The notes: generated from the letters alone by a model not told the origin. Positions 28,096 through 42,766 are shown, counted from the first letter of the whole stretch. The stretch is DNA of 63,249 nucleotides, filler included, from Platydemus manokwari (GCA_037951405.1; 5 parts of 5 records of this genome joined end to end with filler, not necessarily neighbours in it), one strand, 5' to 3'. A program made the numbers and translations.

Positions 28096-30325
28096 ATTTA
28101 AATAATAAGTAAAAATAATTTTCAATAACGAAATGAGATTTGTCTGAATTTAGGGAATTATTTGAGAAATCAATTTAATTTAAATATAAATCTAAAAATT
28201 TTAGGAAATCATTAAGAAATCAATCGAGATGAGAATTTACAATCTTTACAACAAAAAAATTTTTCAAAATATCAATAGAAATCTGAATAATCTCATCGAA
28301 ATCAAATTTGAAAATCTAAAAATGTAGAAGTCAACACATTACACAACAATTCTCAATTTCTAAAAAAATCTGCTCGGTTCTCACTTCAGTATTCTACACA
28401 TTACACAATCTGCGAAATTCTCACTTCGAGGTTTCTCTTCATAAATTATGAAAATCAATAATTCTGTTCAAAACTCTTAACAAATTATGAAAATCAGTGC
28501 TTTTCACTAACCATGTAAACCATATATATAACTACAGGAAAAGAAAATTAATTTTTGTAAAATTGATTATTTTAATCAATATGAAAATCATTATTTAATA
28601 TTAAATAATAAATAAATATTTACATAAATGTGGAAAATATAAACAGAGACTCAAATAAAAATCACGGCAATTTTTAAATTACCATGACAACTTACACACC
28701 TATTATAACAACCTATTAAAAGAAAATAGATCAAAAACAACAACAATCAATCATACACAGCTACGGATAAGGACAGCACAAAAATTGTACAATAAGGAGC
28801 GTTAAGCAGTGAAATCTTGCACACAAATTTGACACAAAAAGAAAAATTGCCAGAAAAATTCTTTCAGAAGACAGAACAATTCCAGACCATGAGCAATTTT
28901 TTTAGTTGATACAATAAAATTGACGGAGCAGAATTTTTAATAGATTAACATGGTAAAGTACTCAAAAAAATTTGATTTCCTTCTAAACTAGTTCTTCGCT
29001 GACCACTTTACCAACTAAAGTTGGGGTACAGTAGTTACCAACATTGGTTACTTTATATCCTCGGGACTTCACAGTGTAACATAAAAAATTTATCTCACCA
29101 CACATTGTATTGTAGCAATATTAATTTTGTTGTGATTAACAATTTACGAACATATTCTAGTAGTCTTCAGTTATTGCTATTTATAAATTAAATTTAATAA
29201 ATACGTCCAACTTACTTTTCTGCACTGCTAAGAGTCGGATATTGGTAGATTTGTAGATTCATACCCCAGCCATAGGAGCTAAGAAATGATAGCCATAATC
29301 AAATTCCATCAACTTAATTGGAGATTTGTACTCAGAGTTTTTTGTATAAGGATTGCATTTAATTATGTTATCGTGTTGTTCGACATCGGATTGGCTTGAT
29401 ATGTATTAAATGTTGGATGAAATAATATCGATTTGATTATATATTGATTTTTTTATCAAAGAACTATTAAAAGACATATAATCTATCCAATGATTTGCAA
29501 CAGAAAGAAATAGACAATTACTACTATAATTTGCAAATATTTCGAAATCACCTGTGGTTTCTTATTAAGGTACTTTTATTTTTGATTTATAATATGTATA
29601 AATTAATAATCTAATAAATTTATATTAATTGTTTCTTATTTATTAATATTTACTTATTCCTATAATTATTATTAAGAAAATAATTTTCAAATTATCACTT
29701 TTTCTTAAATTTTGGCATCAGACATCTAAAGCTGTTAATATAAAAGCATAAAATTTATCAAATATCTGTAAAATCTTGACAAATTATTTAAAAACATAAA
29801 TTTCAACTGTAATCTTTTTAGAAAATCTAAATAATTAAAAGCAATAGAGAAAATTCTCAAAGCTCATTTCGATACGTTTAATTAATGTTTATAAATAAAG
29901 ATTCCCATGATTATAAATTTATGTTTGAAATTTTACAGCCTATGATTCAAGGTATCTAAAAATAAATGTGATAATTATTTAAGCGCTTTGATTTACGAGT
30001 AGTTCTTTTAACAACCATATAAGTTCAAATTTGAAATATTTTAACTAATTTTAATTGATAATTTAGAAATATATTTTAATTAAAAATCATACGATAAATG
30101 ATTAATAAAATTCCTTGTTTAAATATTTAAACATATTTATTTACTGCTAAATCTTTGAACAAATTTAACATAATTTATATAAAAATATTTTTTAATTAAA
30201 AATTCGATTAAAGTTAAGCACAATTTCTATGATATTCTTTTACATTTTAGGCTTTGAATTTCGATAAAATTATTTCGGAGAACGAAAATGTTTGTAAGTT
30301 CTTTTTGATTTACTTCTAATAATTT

Positions 30326-30425
30326 NNNNNNNNNNNNNNNNNNNNNNNNNNNNNNNNNNNNNNNNNNNNTTAATTAATTAANNNNNNNNNNNNNNNNNNN
30401 NNNNNNNNNNNNNNNNNNNNNNNNN
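30326..30425. other. Assembly gap
   Basis: 100-bp N run with TTAATTAATTAA linker. Confidence 0.98.
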
Positions 30426-30508
30426 GTTTAAATGATTTGGTAAAACAAAAACTTTAAACAACTAAAAAACATGAATAACTTTTGACTCAGCCTAATAATT
30501 GTAAGAGT

Positions 30509-33500
30509 TCAAAGATGAGAAATATTGAATCCAGTAATCGGATGACAGAATTTAGAGAATTTTCCCATCACAATATGCTTCTAGATAAATGACAGAAAAT
30601 CAATAAATTAATCTTATTGATCCAAAATATTTAAATCAATATCAGTTATGACTGATGTATAAGTGATGTATACAAGATGAAATTATGATATTTTGTCTGA
30701 AAAATTGTAATATATTCGTCCGTATGGAGTACATTAATGAAATAATTCAAATTCCATATAATAACCTTATCCATAATTGAATGCAAATTGTAATCCAATG
30801 GTCCACAGAGTGGCTTAATCTCTAAAGGACGCAAAATGACTGAGTCGCTTTTAGATTGATTAAAAACATTTTGAGTACTGATAAATTCTTCATCGTTTAC
30901 ATACAATTTTAATTCTATTTCACTCAATGGAAATGCAAGTGTTCCCATTTTAATTTGAGGATGGATTTTATTTTGAAAATTGATAAAACCGAAGTTATCT
31001 ATTGGATTTTCTGAAATTAAATTTTTTTATAATTTCAAATATTGACACCAGAAGCAAATCAATTAAATTTACCAATAATAATATCGGGCAAAAAGGTTTG
31101 GATAGTTTCATAATCAGTCCAGCTATCATCCAACATTTCCAAAAAAATAGAATCTTTTATAATAGCTTCATCATCAAATATTAGCATTTCTATGGTATTT
31201 GGAATATACAGTCCATATTTCTAATAAGTAATAAATTGTTAAAGAAAATTATTAATAAATAATAATAGTTAAAATACTGTAAATCTGGAGAAAGAGACTC
31301 GCTATGGGAATGAAAAATTTATTTTCGTATAACTTTTATCGTTATATATACAATCAACAGTAGAAACCAATAAAATTATGCTTATTTCCGAATTTTAGAA
31401 AAATTCTATTACGATCTAAAGTTTAGAGATCTAAACATTGTGATCCTTAACGGGTATTTTTATTAATAATCCAATTTAAAAATTCATCTTGTATCATAGA
31501 ATAATGCTATATACTGTGGCAATACGGATCATCTAGACTATGGTAAATATTAATATACAAAAACGATTGGAAATATCGTCTCATCGTGCACACCTATCGC
31601 TCTACTTAAATAAAGCGTTCTAATTGTATGAACGGTAATAAAGTATTTCATTATACATTAATATTTTATATTAATAAAAATTATAAATGTCAAAACAGGT
31701 TAAACCCATTCAACTAATTTAATAGCATTTTCAAAACTACAAATAATGTATAAAACACCTTTGATTTTAATTTTATTTTGTTTCGTCCGGGAATAATCGT
31801 TAAAATTTTCGCTCCATCGTGAGAAATAAATTGGGTAATATCATCAGCGATACCTTTTGAATTTTTACGACTTTCACTAAAGTTCATTGAAAAACCAACA
31901 TCAAGTGATATCGATGTTTTTCGAGCCTTAAGACCGGCATCTATCTTTGGAAAACATATTAGCGATAGAATTTCGTCATTGCACTCATCAGCACCATTTT
32001 CAATTGTCTTATATTGAACAAAAACACCATCATTAATGTTTGATAATTCTTCCGTTGATAATTGGCATTGAAAACTTTTCGATGAAAATGCTAGACCAAA
32101 ATATTTGCAAATATTAATTAAAATAAAATAAAATTAAAATAAATATAAAAATTAACAAAATATGTAATGAAAAATATTATGAAATTAAATAATCCAACCA
32201 ACAAATTTAATATTTATATCTTAATATGAATATAAACTACTTTGATGACGATCGAGAAAGTTTAAATTTTTAAATGCTAGCCATCAGCATCCCATGGCTA
32301 GGATTGGATAATACTAGCGATACTTCATTTTCATTTTTGAAAAATATCACAAAAAGAGGATAAAATAAAAAAAACATTTCGTTGATTTTAATCTTTTGAG
32401 TACTATTGGATCTTATATGTCCTGAGAGAAGTTGTGCTTAAATTTCTATAAACGATTAAACGGACTATTCCAAATATGGGATATCTTAATAAATGAACTC
32501 ATTACACAACATGCGCATAGACAATGGTCACTTGTATTCGATCTTAACCTATTTTTCGTTCATACGAGGCACTTTTGTATTGCAACTACAATAATTTATC
32601 GTCGAATGAATTTGTTGTATGTTTTTAATTATTCAAAAATCACTTCTCCTATAATCAATTGAGCAGTAGACTAATTTAGCGAAGAATATTAAGTGAAAAT
32701 TATTAAAAAATTTTAGTTTATATAAGTTTTTATAAAGGATATTGTTACCAAACTTTTAGAAAATATTTGGAAATATATATAAAACGTACTAACTCGTAGA
32801 TTCGGAAAAGTATTTGTTTATGTCGATTTCCTTACATTCAGTGACGGCTATGATATAGTTAAAATTGAGATGCTTCTCATTAAAACATGAACGTTACGAA
32901 CATTAAACAATATAATTTATTGGATGACTTGCAATTTATATTGTAGAGCCATTCTTCCTTATATTTTGCAAGCTTTGTTTAACAATACAAAAATCACTAG
33001 TATTACCGGGTTTATCAGCTCTATATATTTTTGGACTTGTTGCTGAAGAAAGAGGAATAGAGTAGTCGACTGGAAAATCATCAAGATCTTTATTCGAAGA
33101 TTGTAAATCAAAAGTGGCTTTGTTCTTCTGAGGTTCTGTTAAATCTAATTCTGGAAATTTTGCACCATAAATTGTCAATCTAATTTTAAAATTTTAATGA
33201 AACATTCCATACAAAGAAAATCATTATAAAAAACTAATAATAATAATTGCAACTTCATAATCACCGATGTGAACTTCAATATGATAATAACATAACTAAT
33301 GCTGGAGAAACCATAGAACAAATTAAAGCATCATTAAGATTTACAATTGCTTCTGAACACGATTTGATTTAATACATTTATAATATTGTTGGTGAAATGC
33401 TATTCACAAATAAAAGTACTAGATGTTCATATTAGCCTGAATGAATTGACATATAGAGCATTTGTGACATCCAAATTTGATTAGTAAAAATACAAGTGAA

Positions 33501-36500
33501 ATCTTTCAATGATCTTTCAAATGGAAAAAAAACTCCATAGAAAAATAACAAAACATCAAACATATTAATGACATATCAACCAGAATACAAGATAACCCAG
33601 AATTAAAGACGAGTTCAGACTGATGAAATATTTGTAAAATTCTAATTATATGACAATATACAATTTCCAGAACAAAACAATAAAGAAGAATATAGGACGA
33701 GTTTAATTCAATAGTTTTTATTGGGGGAAAGCCTCACCTTATATTAAGAATAATATAATAAAGTGAAATGAAACTAAATCGTGAGATTAATACATTTTAA
33801 GAATCAAATAAAGAATGATAAACATCTTACTTAGCATCTATGGGTTGCGATAAATGAGACTCGATCACCAATTCAATCAATTCAAAACCATCATCACTGG
33901 GAGATAATAAATGCATATTGTCAACAGAAAATAATGGTTCCATTTTCAATTGTTGAGGTTTCCGGATTTTATCGTAAAGAATATTAATGCATCTCTTTAA
34001 TTCGTTGAAATAAAATTGATGATCAGAATCGTTTTTCAACAATAAACTTGGATTGAAAGTTGATTTGTTCGGAGAAAATGTTGCTCCAGCTAAATGTATA
34101 CATGTCTTCAAGTACCTATGATGAGAGAAATATCAAAAATTATCAAATAAATTGAAGCACATGCGGTCATATATTTCTATGCAAGTGCAATTTATGAAAG
34201 AAACACTTATTTTTAAATTCAATGCTTCATTTAAGAAAAGTTAACTTCATTTTTCAAGTAATTTACATTTCCCAAACACAATACCGATGACAGTCTGAGC
34301 TTGATAAACAAACAATTTACGTATAAAGTTACTTTAAAATATCATCAAAAAGAATTTTAAAATTTTAATTTTTGAAAATTTTAGTATACCAATTTCTGTA
34401 AGCTAATCAAAATAACGTTATTTTTAAAATAAAATTATTTGCAGATCGGTTGTATTAATTCAGGGGTGGCCAACAGGTCGATCGCAATCGACTGGTCGAT
34501 CTTGAAGCCAATTTTAGTCTATCGCGTGAGATGTTATTCAAATGAAAGTCGATCTTACGTACACAAAAGTTGGCCACTTCTGTATTAATTTATAAATAAA
34601 ATTCATCATGTTGATATATATGATCAGTACAAAATGATTAAAAATTATAAATTATTATTACTAATTTAATAATATCGTTTATGTATAACAGTGGTTTTCA
34701 ACCTTTTTGCTGGAAAGGAACCACACGGAAACATTCCTCCGACTCGAGGAACCCCGGAGTTTAATTATGTTAAATTTAGTAAATTTAAACAATAGCTAAT
34801 AATACAAGTAATATAAATAATAATACAAATAATAATGAAATAATAATAATAAAATAGATTTTTGAAATTGAATTTATTTGTTCGTTGTTCTAGTTTAGAA
34901 ATTTAGAAATTGTGGAATCCCTGGAATGTACTGACGGAACTCTAAGGTTTCACGGAACACTGCTTGAAAACCACTTATGCATAACCATAAATATCGTTTG
35001 AAATAAGAAATAATTAATTAATTTTATTATTAGTATCATTATTATTACCATAGGAATTCATATAAGAATCAAAATTGAAAATCATCACCAAATTTTAATG
35101 ATAATATATTTGTAAAATCAAAAGATCACACACACTAATGATGCAATATCAAAGATATTTAAACATGCGTCAAATCAACTAGTGGTTAGCAAAAATCATT
35201 GATAATAAACACAATTCAAGAGGTTGATTATAAAATATCTCAGATTTTGTTTTGATATGAGTTTGTTGATCAGATAATTTTATAAATGAATATATCTTTT
35301 GAAAATATACTCGAAAATAATCAAATACATTTTGTGTCCATGAGATTTCAATGACATGATTACAGTATTGTTGATTTTATTGAAGAATCTAAGAAAATAT
35401 CTTTATTCCCAATGCCATTAGAATGAATTTATGAGTATTCTGATAAATCATCAATGTTTGTTTTAATTAAAACTATTTTTAAATTGAATAGTCAAAATAG
35501 AATTGGTTTCCATTATTTATTCCAGCGGATGATAATAACCAGAATATCAATATAAATATATCTGATTCATTTTCATAAAATCACATTACTAACACTGACT
35601 GATCAAATACAGAGAAAATAAAAATATTTTTGATAGTAATTTCATTTTGAATCACACTGCTGAAGTCAATCATTAGAAATAATATTTTCTTGATTTTTCT
35701 TACCAATCCATTGATTATTTGAAGAATAAATTATTATAATATATCTATATGAAATAAATAAATATTTTCTGCTTTATTCAATCAGTTAAGAAAAATATTT
35801 GCTCATTTTTCGTTTCTCATCTCACAGAATATGACAAAAATAATATCATTTTAAAAATTCTTCTAAAGCCCGCCTTATTTCCAATAATATCAGATTTTTC
35901 TTTCTTTCTTGATACATTATTGTATTCAATTGTAAACCAATTAGAATTCAATATCAGTTAATAATTTGTGGCTGGATCTTTATATAAAATATCTTTACAG
36001 GTACGAACATCGATTCAAGCTTTTCTAATACACAACTGATAATAATTATGAGTATCCAAACCACCCAAACATAAAACTAACGAAAAAATAATAATAATAA
36101 TAATAACAATAATAATAATAATAAAAGGTACATCATAATAATGAAAAGCTATAACTATGGAAAATGTAAATAAATAGAAATTTAATGGATTTTGACATTG
36201 TTAACAGAGACATTTCATAATCAAGCCACTTCATATAAAAATACAACGGCTAACCTTTCTGATAAATAATTTACAAATCTAATAATGGAATATATTAAAA
36301 ATGATAAAAATACAAAATAATAGTTAATCAAAAAAATGATATTTATATATTTATCTTTACAAATATTTAACATAAAAATACTTTTCCGGATCTGTTTCAA
36401 ATTTATCCTTTTGACAAGTTGCAAGCTTTAGTCTTAAAGGCATTGCTAAATGAGCCCAATTTTCTTTTCGCAAGCACTTAATTGCTTTAAAATATAATGG

Positions 36501-39500
36501 TTCTGCTTTCTCATATTGTTCGGCTTTACTGAAAGTGAAATATTATATATATGATTGATTGTATCTATTATTATTATCATAACATAAAAATTATTACAAA
36601 TTATATTTCATTCATTAATTATAAAGGAATTCTGAATTTGTATTTCGGGAATTAAAAGTACATCCGTGATTTATGCCACATTTTAATAAGATCTTTAGAT
36701 GTCACAAAAATGTTGATTGCTTTTGTCTAAATTCCAGATATCAGTGAAATAATATGCTTCATTCCTTCAAACAGATCTCGAAACAGCTGATATTGAACAT
36801 TATAAACATTAATTTTTAATTTATTAGCTACTAGTTCAGCAGTTGGGCATCTAAACTCCACATGAAATATATAGAAATGTTCAAAAGAATGCTAAAAATG
36901 TTGAAAAATAATTTTAAAACTCAATGCTTAACACAAAAACCCGTATTTTCAAAATTTTAAAAATAAAATAGAAGAAATAGAAAAAAATTATTGCATTTGA
37001 GTTAAAACTTATGCCAATTCGATTCCACTACTTCTTAATAATATTAGTTTAATTCATCATTATAAATATTTTATGAAAATAACTGTGGCAAGTAATTCAC
37101 GTTTAATGCAAAAATACAATGAAAGTTCATCCACTAAAAATGTATATGTGTGTGTGTTGATATTACTAACAGAGTTGTAAATTAACGGATTTTCAATAAT
37201 CAATTTTCCTTAATTTTCACATTTCCTCTCTCAATTTTTATTCATTGTAGAGGCTTTATCTTCATATAATTTTAATATTAATGACTTTTAAACTTGATAA
37301 TACTCATAAAAATCCGATATTATTTATATTCATTCATTAAACGTCATTTGTAGTTTCTATCAATAAGAATATTTGATTAGAAATTAATTTTGGGAAAAAT
37401 GTTAATAAATAAATAATAAAATAATATCGAAATCGATAATAATTAATTAATTAATTTAATTTAATTAAAAATAAAATAAATGATCATAAATTAATTGTAT
37501 ATTATATTTTTTCATTTTTTTATTATTGAATTTACAATTAAGCTTTATTGACTTTATTGGATCATATCGAAAATGATATCATCATTGAAATAAATACATT
37601 AAAAATATAATTATAGGATAAAACATACTAATACAAATCTGCCAACTGTATACCTAGCAAATTAGCCGATCTCATTCGACCGATATGTTTCCAAATCATT
37701 ATTGCTTCCTCAAAAAATTTGGAATGAAAATCTTGAAAATCAGCTTGGCTTTCCAATCCTCCAGCCAATCGATGACTCGGAGTATCGCCGAATTCTAATA
37801 AATGCTTAGATGAATATTTAAACATCAAACATCAGCAACCATCAATGCCGAGAATACTCAATTTTGCTTTCAAAATATTGACTGGTTCCCAATCTATCAC
37901 TACCGGTGTCCAGATATTCAATGAAAGAGCAAGCTTGTTAACGCTATTCAATGCTAATCGAAATAGAGCTGCATAATCTTGACCTAGTGAATCCTCGCAA
38001 TCAATTGGGCTAAATCGTTGTAAAGCTTGAAGAGCAGTTAAAAATATCCAACAGTTTTTAAGGTTCAGATCAACTTCAACCTAAGAAAAACAATGACAAT
38101 TTCAAAATTTCAGATTTAAATAAAATTTTAACATGATTTCCGCGAATGATTTGAAATAAATAATCATTTATTTCACCGTATGATATGTTCACAAATGTCA
38201 GTTTTTATATTAATATCATTATATTTTACCAGCTTAACAGGGTATAATAATATATTAATATTCAAATTTAATCCGGATAGTACCCTGGAATTAGTGATTT
38301 AAATGGCATTACTGGTATAGATAGGTGAACATTCAATATCGAATTATTAAACAGTATGTCCATATCTTTACAATATTTACAAATTTAATATTATTATTAT
38401 TATATTATTATATTCTTTGCAATAAATATAGGGCATTTCAGAAGTAGCCTTACCGAAAATTAAACGAAAAATAAAAAAATAGGAATATGCAAAATGAAAA
38501 TTGCGAACTTAATAATGAAATAAACGGTAACAAGTGTTCGAAATGTTACCCTTCAGATTCATCTTCAATATTAAATGTGCAATTACTTTGTATAATTCGT
38601 TGTTTATTCTCTAGAACTGATGAGTTATTAGTTGCAGAAAATGTGGAATATCTTGAATGATGTTTGCAAATAGACATTCTTTTAGTTTACCCCACATGGT
38701 GTTAAATCAGGTGATTTTCGAGACCATTTCATCTAATTTTTATCTACAGTTCTATTCATTAAATTTCTAACTTTCTAATGACATCGATCGAATATAATAT
38801 TTATTAAAAAAAATAACTTAAAAATTAATGTTAAAAATTCTATTTAATGTCAGTAAAGAGTAACTGTATCAAAAGTAAAAGTCTATTTAATTATGTGCTC
38901 ATCATCCAAACTATAGTCAGTATTTAGCAATTAAAGTGGAAGGAAAGTTCTATTTGTAATGGCTTATCACCCTAAATTTTTCTGTAATAGTATCAATATG
39001 AAGATAAAAGCGCATCATCTACATTGATATTACTCATATGAAATATACTTATCTAAAATTTAAGCAGTTTTGAATACTATTAATTGAGAATATGAGAATT
39101 TTATAATAATAATATGTAATGATAATGTATAATAATATATAGGTAATAGAAATAAATATCTTCGAAAAATTCCCAAAAAAATAAATAACTAATAAAAAAT
39201 AATTAAAATAAATAATTATTGATAAATAATTAAATTATAAAAAATACATAAATTACAATTATCTTAATTAATTAATAAATCAATAAATTATTTTTCAATA
39301 ATTTATTGATAACATAGAAACGATAAATATAAAATAAATCGATTAAAAATTCTGCAAATCAAATCAATAAAATTGAAATAAATAAATAATATCATTAAAT
39401 CTAACTTTTAAAAGATCGCATTCGATCAAAAATCTGAGCAGAGTCGAATAAACCAACGAAGGAATTTCTTTGTATCGATTAAGAAGTTGTAACAATGCGC

Positions 39501-41277
39501 ATTGACGAGAAAGCAAATACGCTCGGAAATCTGCCAGACATAGACGACCTTTCGATAAATTAATTCGTTTATCGGGATCAGAATAATTAGTGAGAATCAA
39601 ACAATCAATTTTCTCGAATGGAATCTCTTTGAATTCAGAGATCCATGAAGCGTTCTCTGAATAATTGAAGCAATCAATGGTTGGTTACCACTAATAGATA
39701 ACCATCCAAACCAACCTCCTTTATGATAACATTCCAAACATTTAGAAAACACCGAATCTGATTCCTCAAACTGAGCGAAAGATTCTTCATACAAATGCAA
39801 ACATTCATAAATGTCAGCCAATTCTTCCTGTTGAAATATCGAATTAATAATAGTTCGAAAAATGAAATTTTACACGAAACTTGTAAATAAAAATAATCGA
39901 AATAATTCCAGAGATTTGTATATCGAGTTTCTCGTTGAATGCGAATTTTATCTTCGATTTTAAAACACATATCATCATAAATACTTAAAACAGTTTCACG
40001 AAGAAACTTTTGAATTTGATTGAATCTCTCACGAGAATTTTCACTGGTTTTTATGCAATGACTGGAAAGATAATTTTCTTTTTAATAAATATTCATTTTT
40101 TTTCTAAAAATGTTGCGAGATCATAATTAAATATAGCAACAAATATTTTTATAAAAGAGAAAAGAAATGCACTTTTATCGAATTTACCATTATCAAAAAA
40201 GTTTATTATTAATTATTTTCTGGATTTATTTTAACCTAGTTCACTGATTTTACCGTTAAGACACGTTTTAATATATATGTATGTATATCTTTAACATCAA
40301 TCATATCTCACATCATGCTCACACAAATAATGAATAAATATAAGTATAAAGATCCATGAAACAACCATCAGAAATCCATCATCTACAACAATGGTTTTCA
40401 ACCCCGGGGTCGGCAAGTATTTTTAAAGGGTTCGCCGAATTAAATTAGGTGTACAAACCATTACATGTGAAAAATCGTGTTTTATGATGCATTTAAATGA
40501 ATAGTTTGTGATGCTGGTTAAACTACTTGTCCAAGTATCCTGCTTTATCAGAAACAATTCTTCGTGTCATCATGCCTTTTCCATCCACATATATGTGTGA
40601 AATAGGCTTCTCTTCATTATTGATGATAAAATTAAAGTCCAGGAACAGACTTAGTGCGGAAGATTATTTGCGATGTGCATTATCCACAACACTTCCTCAA
40701 ATTGATAAGCTTGTGATAAGGAAACAATATCAACATTCTCATTAACTTGTTGCAAATTGGTATTATTAAATATTGTGAATTATAACTTATTTTTAGCAAT
40801 ATTGATATCTTTTGGGGTGGCCAAGATCTTAAAAATGGGTCACCATAGAAAAAAGTTGAGAACCGCTGTTAGAGTCTAAATTATTAAAATTATAATAAAA
40901 TAAATTACAGAATCGGAATATTAATTAAATANNNNNNNNNNNNNNNNNNNNNNNNNNNNNNNNNNNNNNNNNNNNTTAATTAATTAANNNNNNNNNNNNN
41001 NNNNNNNNNNNNNNNNNNNNNNNNNNNNNNNTTTGTGTCAGTTGTTAAATATAGAAAAGTAATGATATTAGACATTATATTTGACAATAACATTATAAAA
41101 TATTTTATTCATCAATAATTTCACAACCATTTGTTTCAAAATCGATGAAATCTGATATTTATCATTGCATTAATTATGATATAATGAACCGAATAAATTA
41201 TATATAAAGTGCTACTTACTTGAAATAAATACTGAAGGATCGAGCAGTATGTTATGGGAACGAGATACGATAAACAT
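30509..41277 (-). CDS. TRAPPC10: Trafficking protein particle complex subunit 10 (TRAPP II), multi-exon, interrupted by a gap
   Basis: Exons give KIEDKIRIQRETRYTNLWNYFDYFYLQ|EELADIYECLHLYEESFAQFEESDSVFS, LADFRAYLLSRQCALLQLL, FFEEAIMIWKHIGRMRSANLLGIQLADLY and KAEPLYFKAIKCLRKENWAHLA, all collinear with TRAPPC10. The putative first exon (41277-41220, MFIVSRSHNILLDPSVFIS|gtaagt) and last exon (KHIVMGKF...SHL*, stop 30509-30511) are less certain. Confidence 0.88.
34461..34582. mobile_element. 122-bp hAT MITE in TRAPPC10 intron
   Basis: TIRs CAGGGGTGGCCAAC / GTTGGCCACTTCTG; perfect 8-bp TSD TATTAATT. Confidence 0.9.
34689..34976. mobile_element. hAT MITE in TRAPPC10 intron
   Basis: TIRs CAGTGGTTTTCAA / TTGAAAACCACTT; TSD ATGTATAA / ATGCATAA (1 mismatch). 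Confidence 0.85.
40389..40868 (+). mobile_element. Internally deleted hAT (Charlie/Buster) element retaining the transposase C-terminal dimerisation domain
   Basis: TIR-like CAATGGTTTTCAAC / GTTGAGAACCGCTG; ORF 40527-40745 YPALSETILRVIMPFPSTYMCEIGFSSLLMIKLKSRNRL...QYQHSH. TSD not evident. Confidence 0.88.
40932..41031. other. Assembly gap
   Basis: 100-bp N run with TTAATTAATTAA linker. Confidence 0.98.
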
Positions 41278-41589
41278 TACTCTTTTATACAATTTAAAGT
41301 TTAATAAAGAATCTCAAACAAATGTCTCATTATCGAAAACGAATCTTATTTAATAACCTCAGATAAATAATTATTAAACAAATTTTAATTAAAATCATTA
41401 TTATAAACATTATTGATTAAATAAATAAAATAACATTTTCAACTTCAACATTTATTTTTAATCAAATTAAAATTTCTCACATTTCTTTCCATTTGAGTCA
41501 ACACCGGCTTTGATTTATTGCCTCGTGTGCCGTTCCGTTAAGGTCCTTGGAAACATATTTATAAAACATGTGTGCAGCTTGTAATTTTA

Positions 41590-42534
41590 TTAAATGAATG
41601 GACTTTCCAATGATAAATTTCTTATCAATTCTTTCAATTTATAAATTGCAAGATGTTCACCAAGTTTATCCAAAAGAACACTTCTTATTCCCGGTTCTAA
41701 TAATAGAGATGTATTTCCATTTCTATCATTACACATTCTACTATGCCTATTGGGATTCATTAAACTAGCTACAGTTTTTCGAATCGTATGTGGAACCATT
41801 GAGAACGTTGCTGGATTGTTATATTTATATAAAGGATCCAAAGCATTGGGATAATTATCAAGACTGATCATTTGACAAATCAATACACCCAAAGAATAAT
41901 AATCAACAGAATGATCCAAATATACCACAGAAGCGTTGTAAATTTCGGGTGCTATATGAGTACTTTTTCCAAATATATTGCGTTTGTATGGTCGCATAGG
42001 TTGTGATGTTATCTTCGATGTTCCGAAATCACAGAGTGTCAAATGACCATTTTGTCGAATTAGGATATTCGATGATTTGATATCTTGATGAACAATTCCG
42101 ATAGCGTGAATCATGCTCAGAGCTTCACTAATTTCAACTAATGTGAAAACAAGTTGGTATATGGATGGTGTGAATGGTTCTCGTGAAGAAATATATTGAT
42201 ACAAAGATCCATTAGCTATATATTCTAGAAAAATTGAACCAGAATTACGATCAATTACAAATCCATAAGCTTTCACAACAAAATCATGATTGATGTGCGC
42301 CAATAATTTCTCATAAACATCAATCTCATGCCACATATCACTTAAATATTCCTTTTCCATACGTTTAATAGCTAACAAATAATTTTTATCACCAATAAAT
42401 TGAGGGCATTTTATCAAATGTACGCTCGCACTGCCACCATCTGAAATGTGCGATATGAATGAATAATTAATCGAGCAAGAGCTGAATGATCCTGATAATA
42501 ATATCTCGATATATTCTTTACAAGATTTATCCAT
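41590..42534 (-). CDS. Intronless divergent Ser/Thr protein kinase (AGC-like, non-RD), 314 aa
   Basis: Gly loop ISDGGSASV, VAIK-equivalent LAIKRM, alphaC E, catalytic loop VHQDIKSSNILI, DFG, THIAPE and DYYSLGV, all in one uninterrupted ORF. Confidence 0.9.
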   Translation of the reverse strand: MDKSCKEYIEILLSGSFSSCSINYSFISHISDGGSASVHLIKCPQFIGDKNYLLAIKRMEKEYLSDMWHEIDVYEKLLAHINHDFVVKAYGFVIDRNSGSIFLEYIANGSLYQYISSREPFTPSIYQLVFTLVEISEALSMIHAIGIVHQDIKSSNILIRQNGHLTLCDFGTSKITSQPMRPYKRNIFGKSTHIAPEIYNASVVYLDHSVDYYSLGVLICQMISLDNYPNALDPLYKYNNPATFSMVPHTIRKTVASLMNPNRHSRMCNDRNGNTSLLLEPGIRSVLLDKLGEHLAIYKLKELIRNLSLESPFI

Positions 42535-42766
42535 AATTATATGATTTGTGAATTTGATATTATTTGATTAAAACAAAATAATAGAAATGTTTGAAATGTT
42601 ATGTAATAGCGGTGATGATTTTGAAGGAAATGAATGTGTGTGTGTGTGTGTATTTTAGATTTAAAATAATGAGTCTGTATATGTAGAGAGATGTTTTAAT
42701 AATCAATTAATAATAAAATAATAATAAAACGACTTTAGTAAATATTTGTTTTAAATAACAATATCA

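Noticed and set aside
29215-29410. Possible extra minus-strand exon next to a GTAAGT donor
   Set aside because: No frame stays open through to the donor and there is no recognisable homology.
39597-39720. Apparent frameshift in TRAPPC10
   Set aside because: Resolved by a ~59-nt GT-AG intron (GTTGGT...TTCAG) that restores ENASWISEF...LILTNY.
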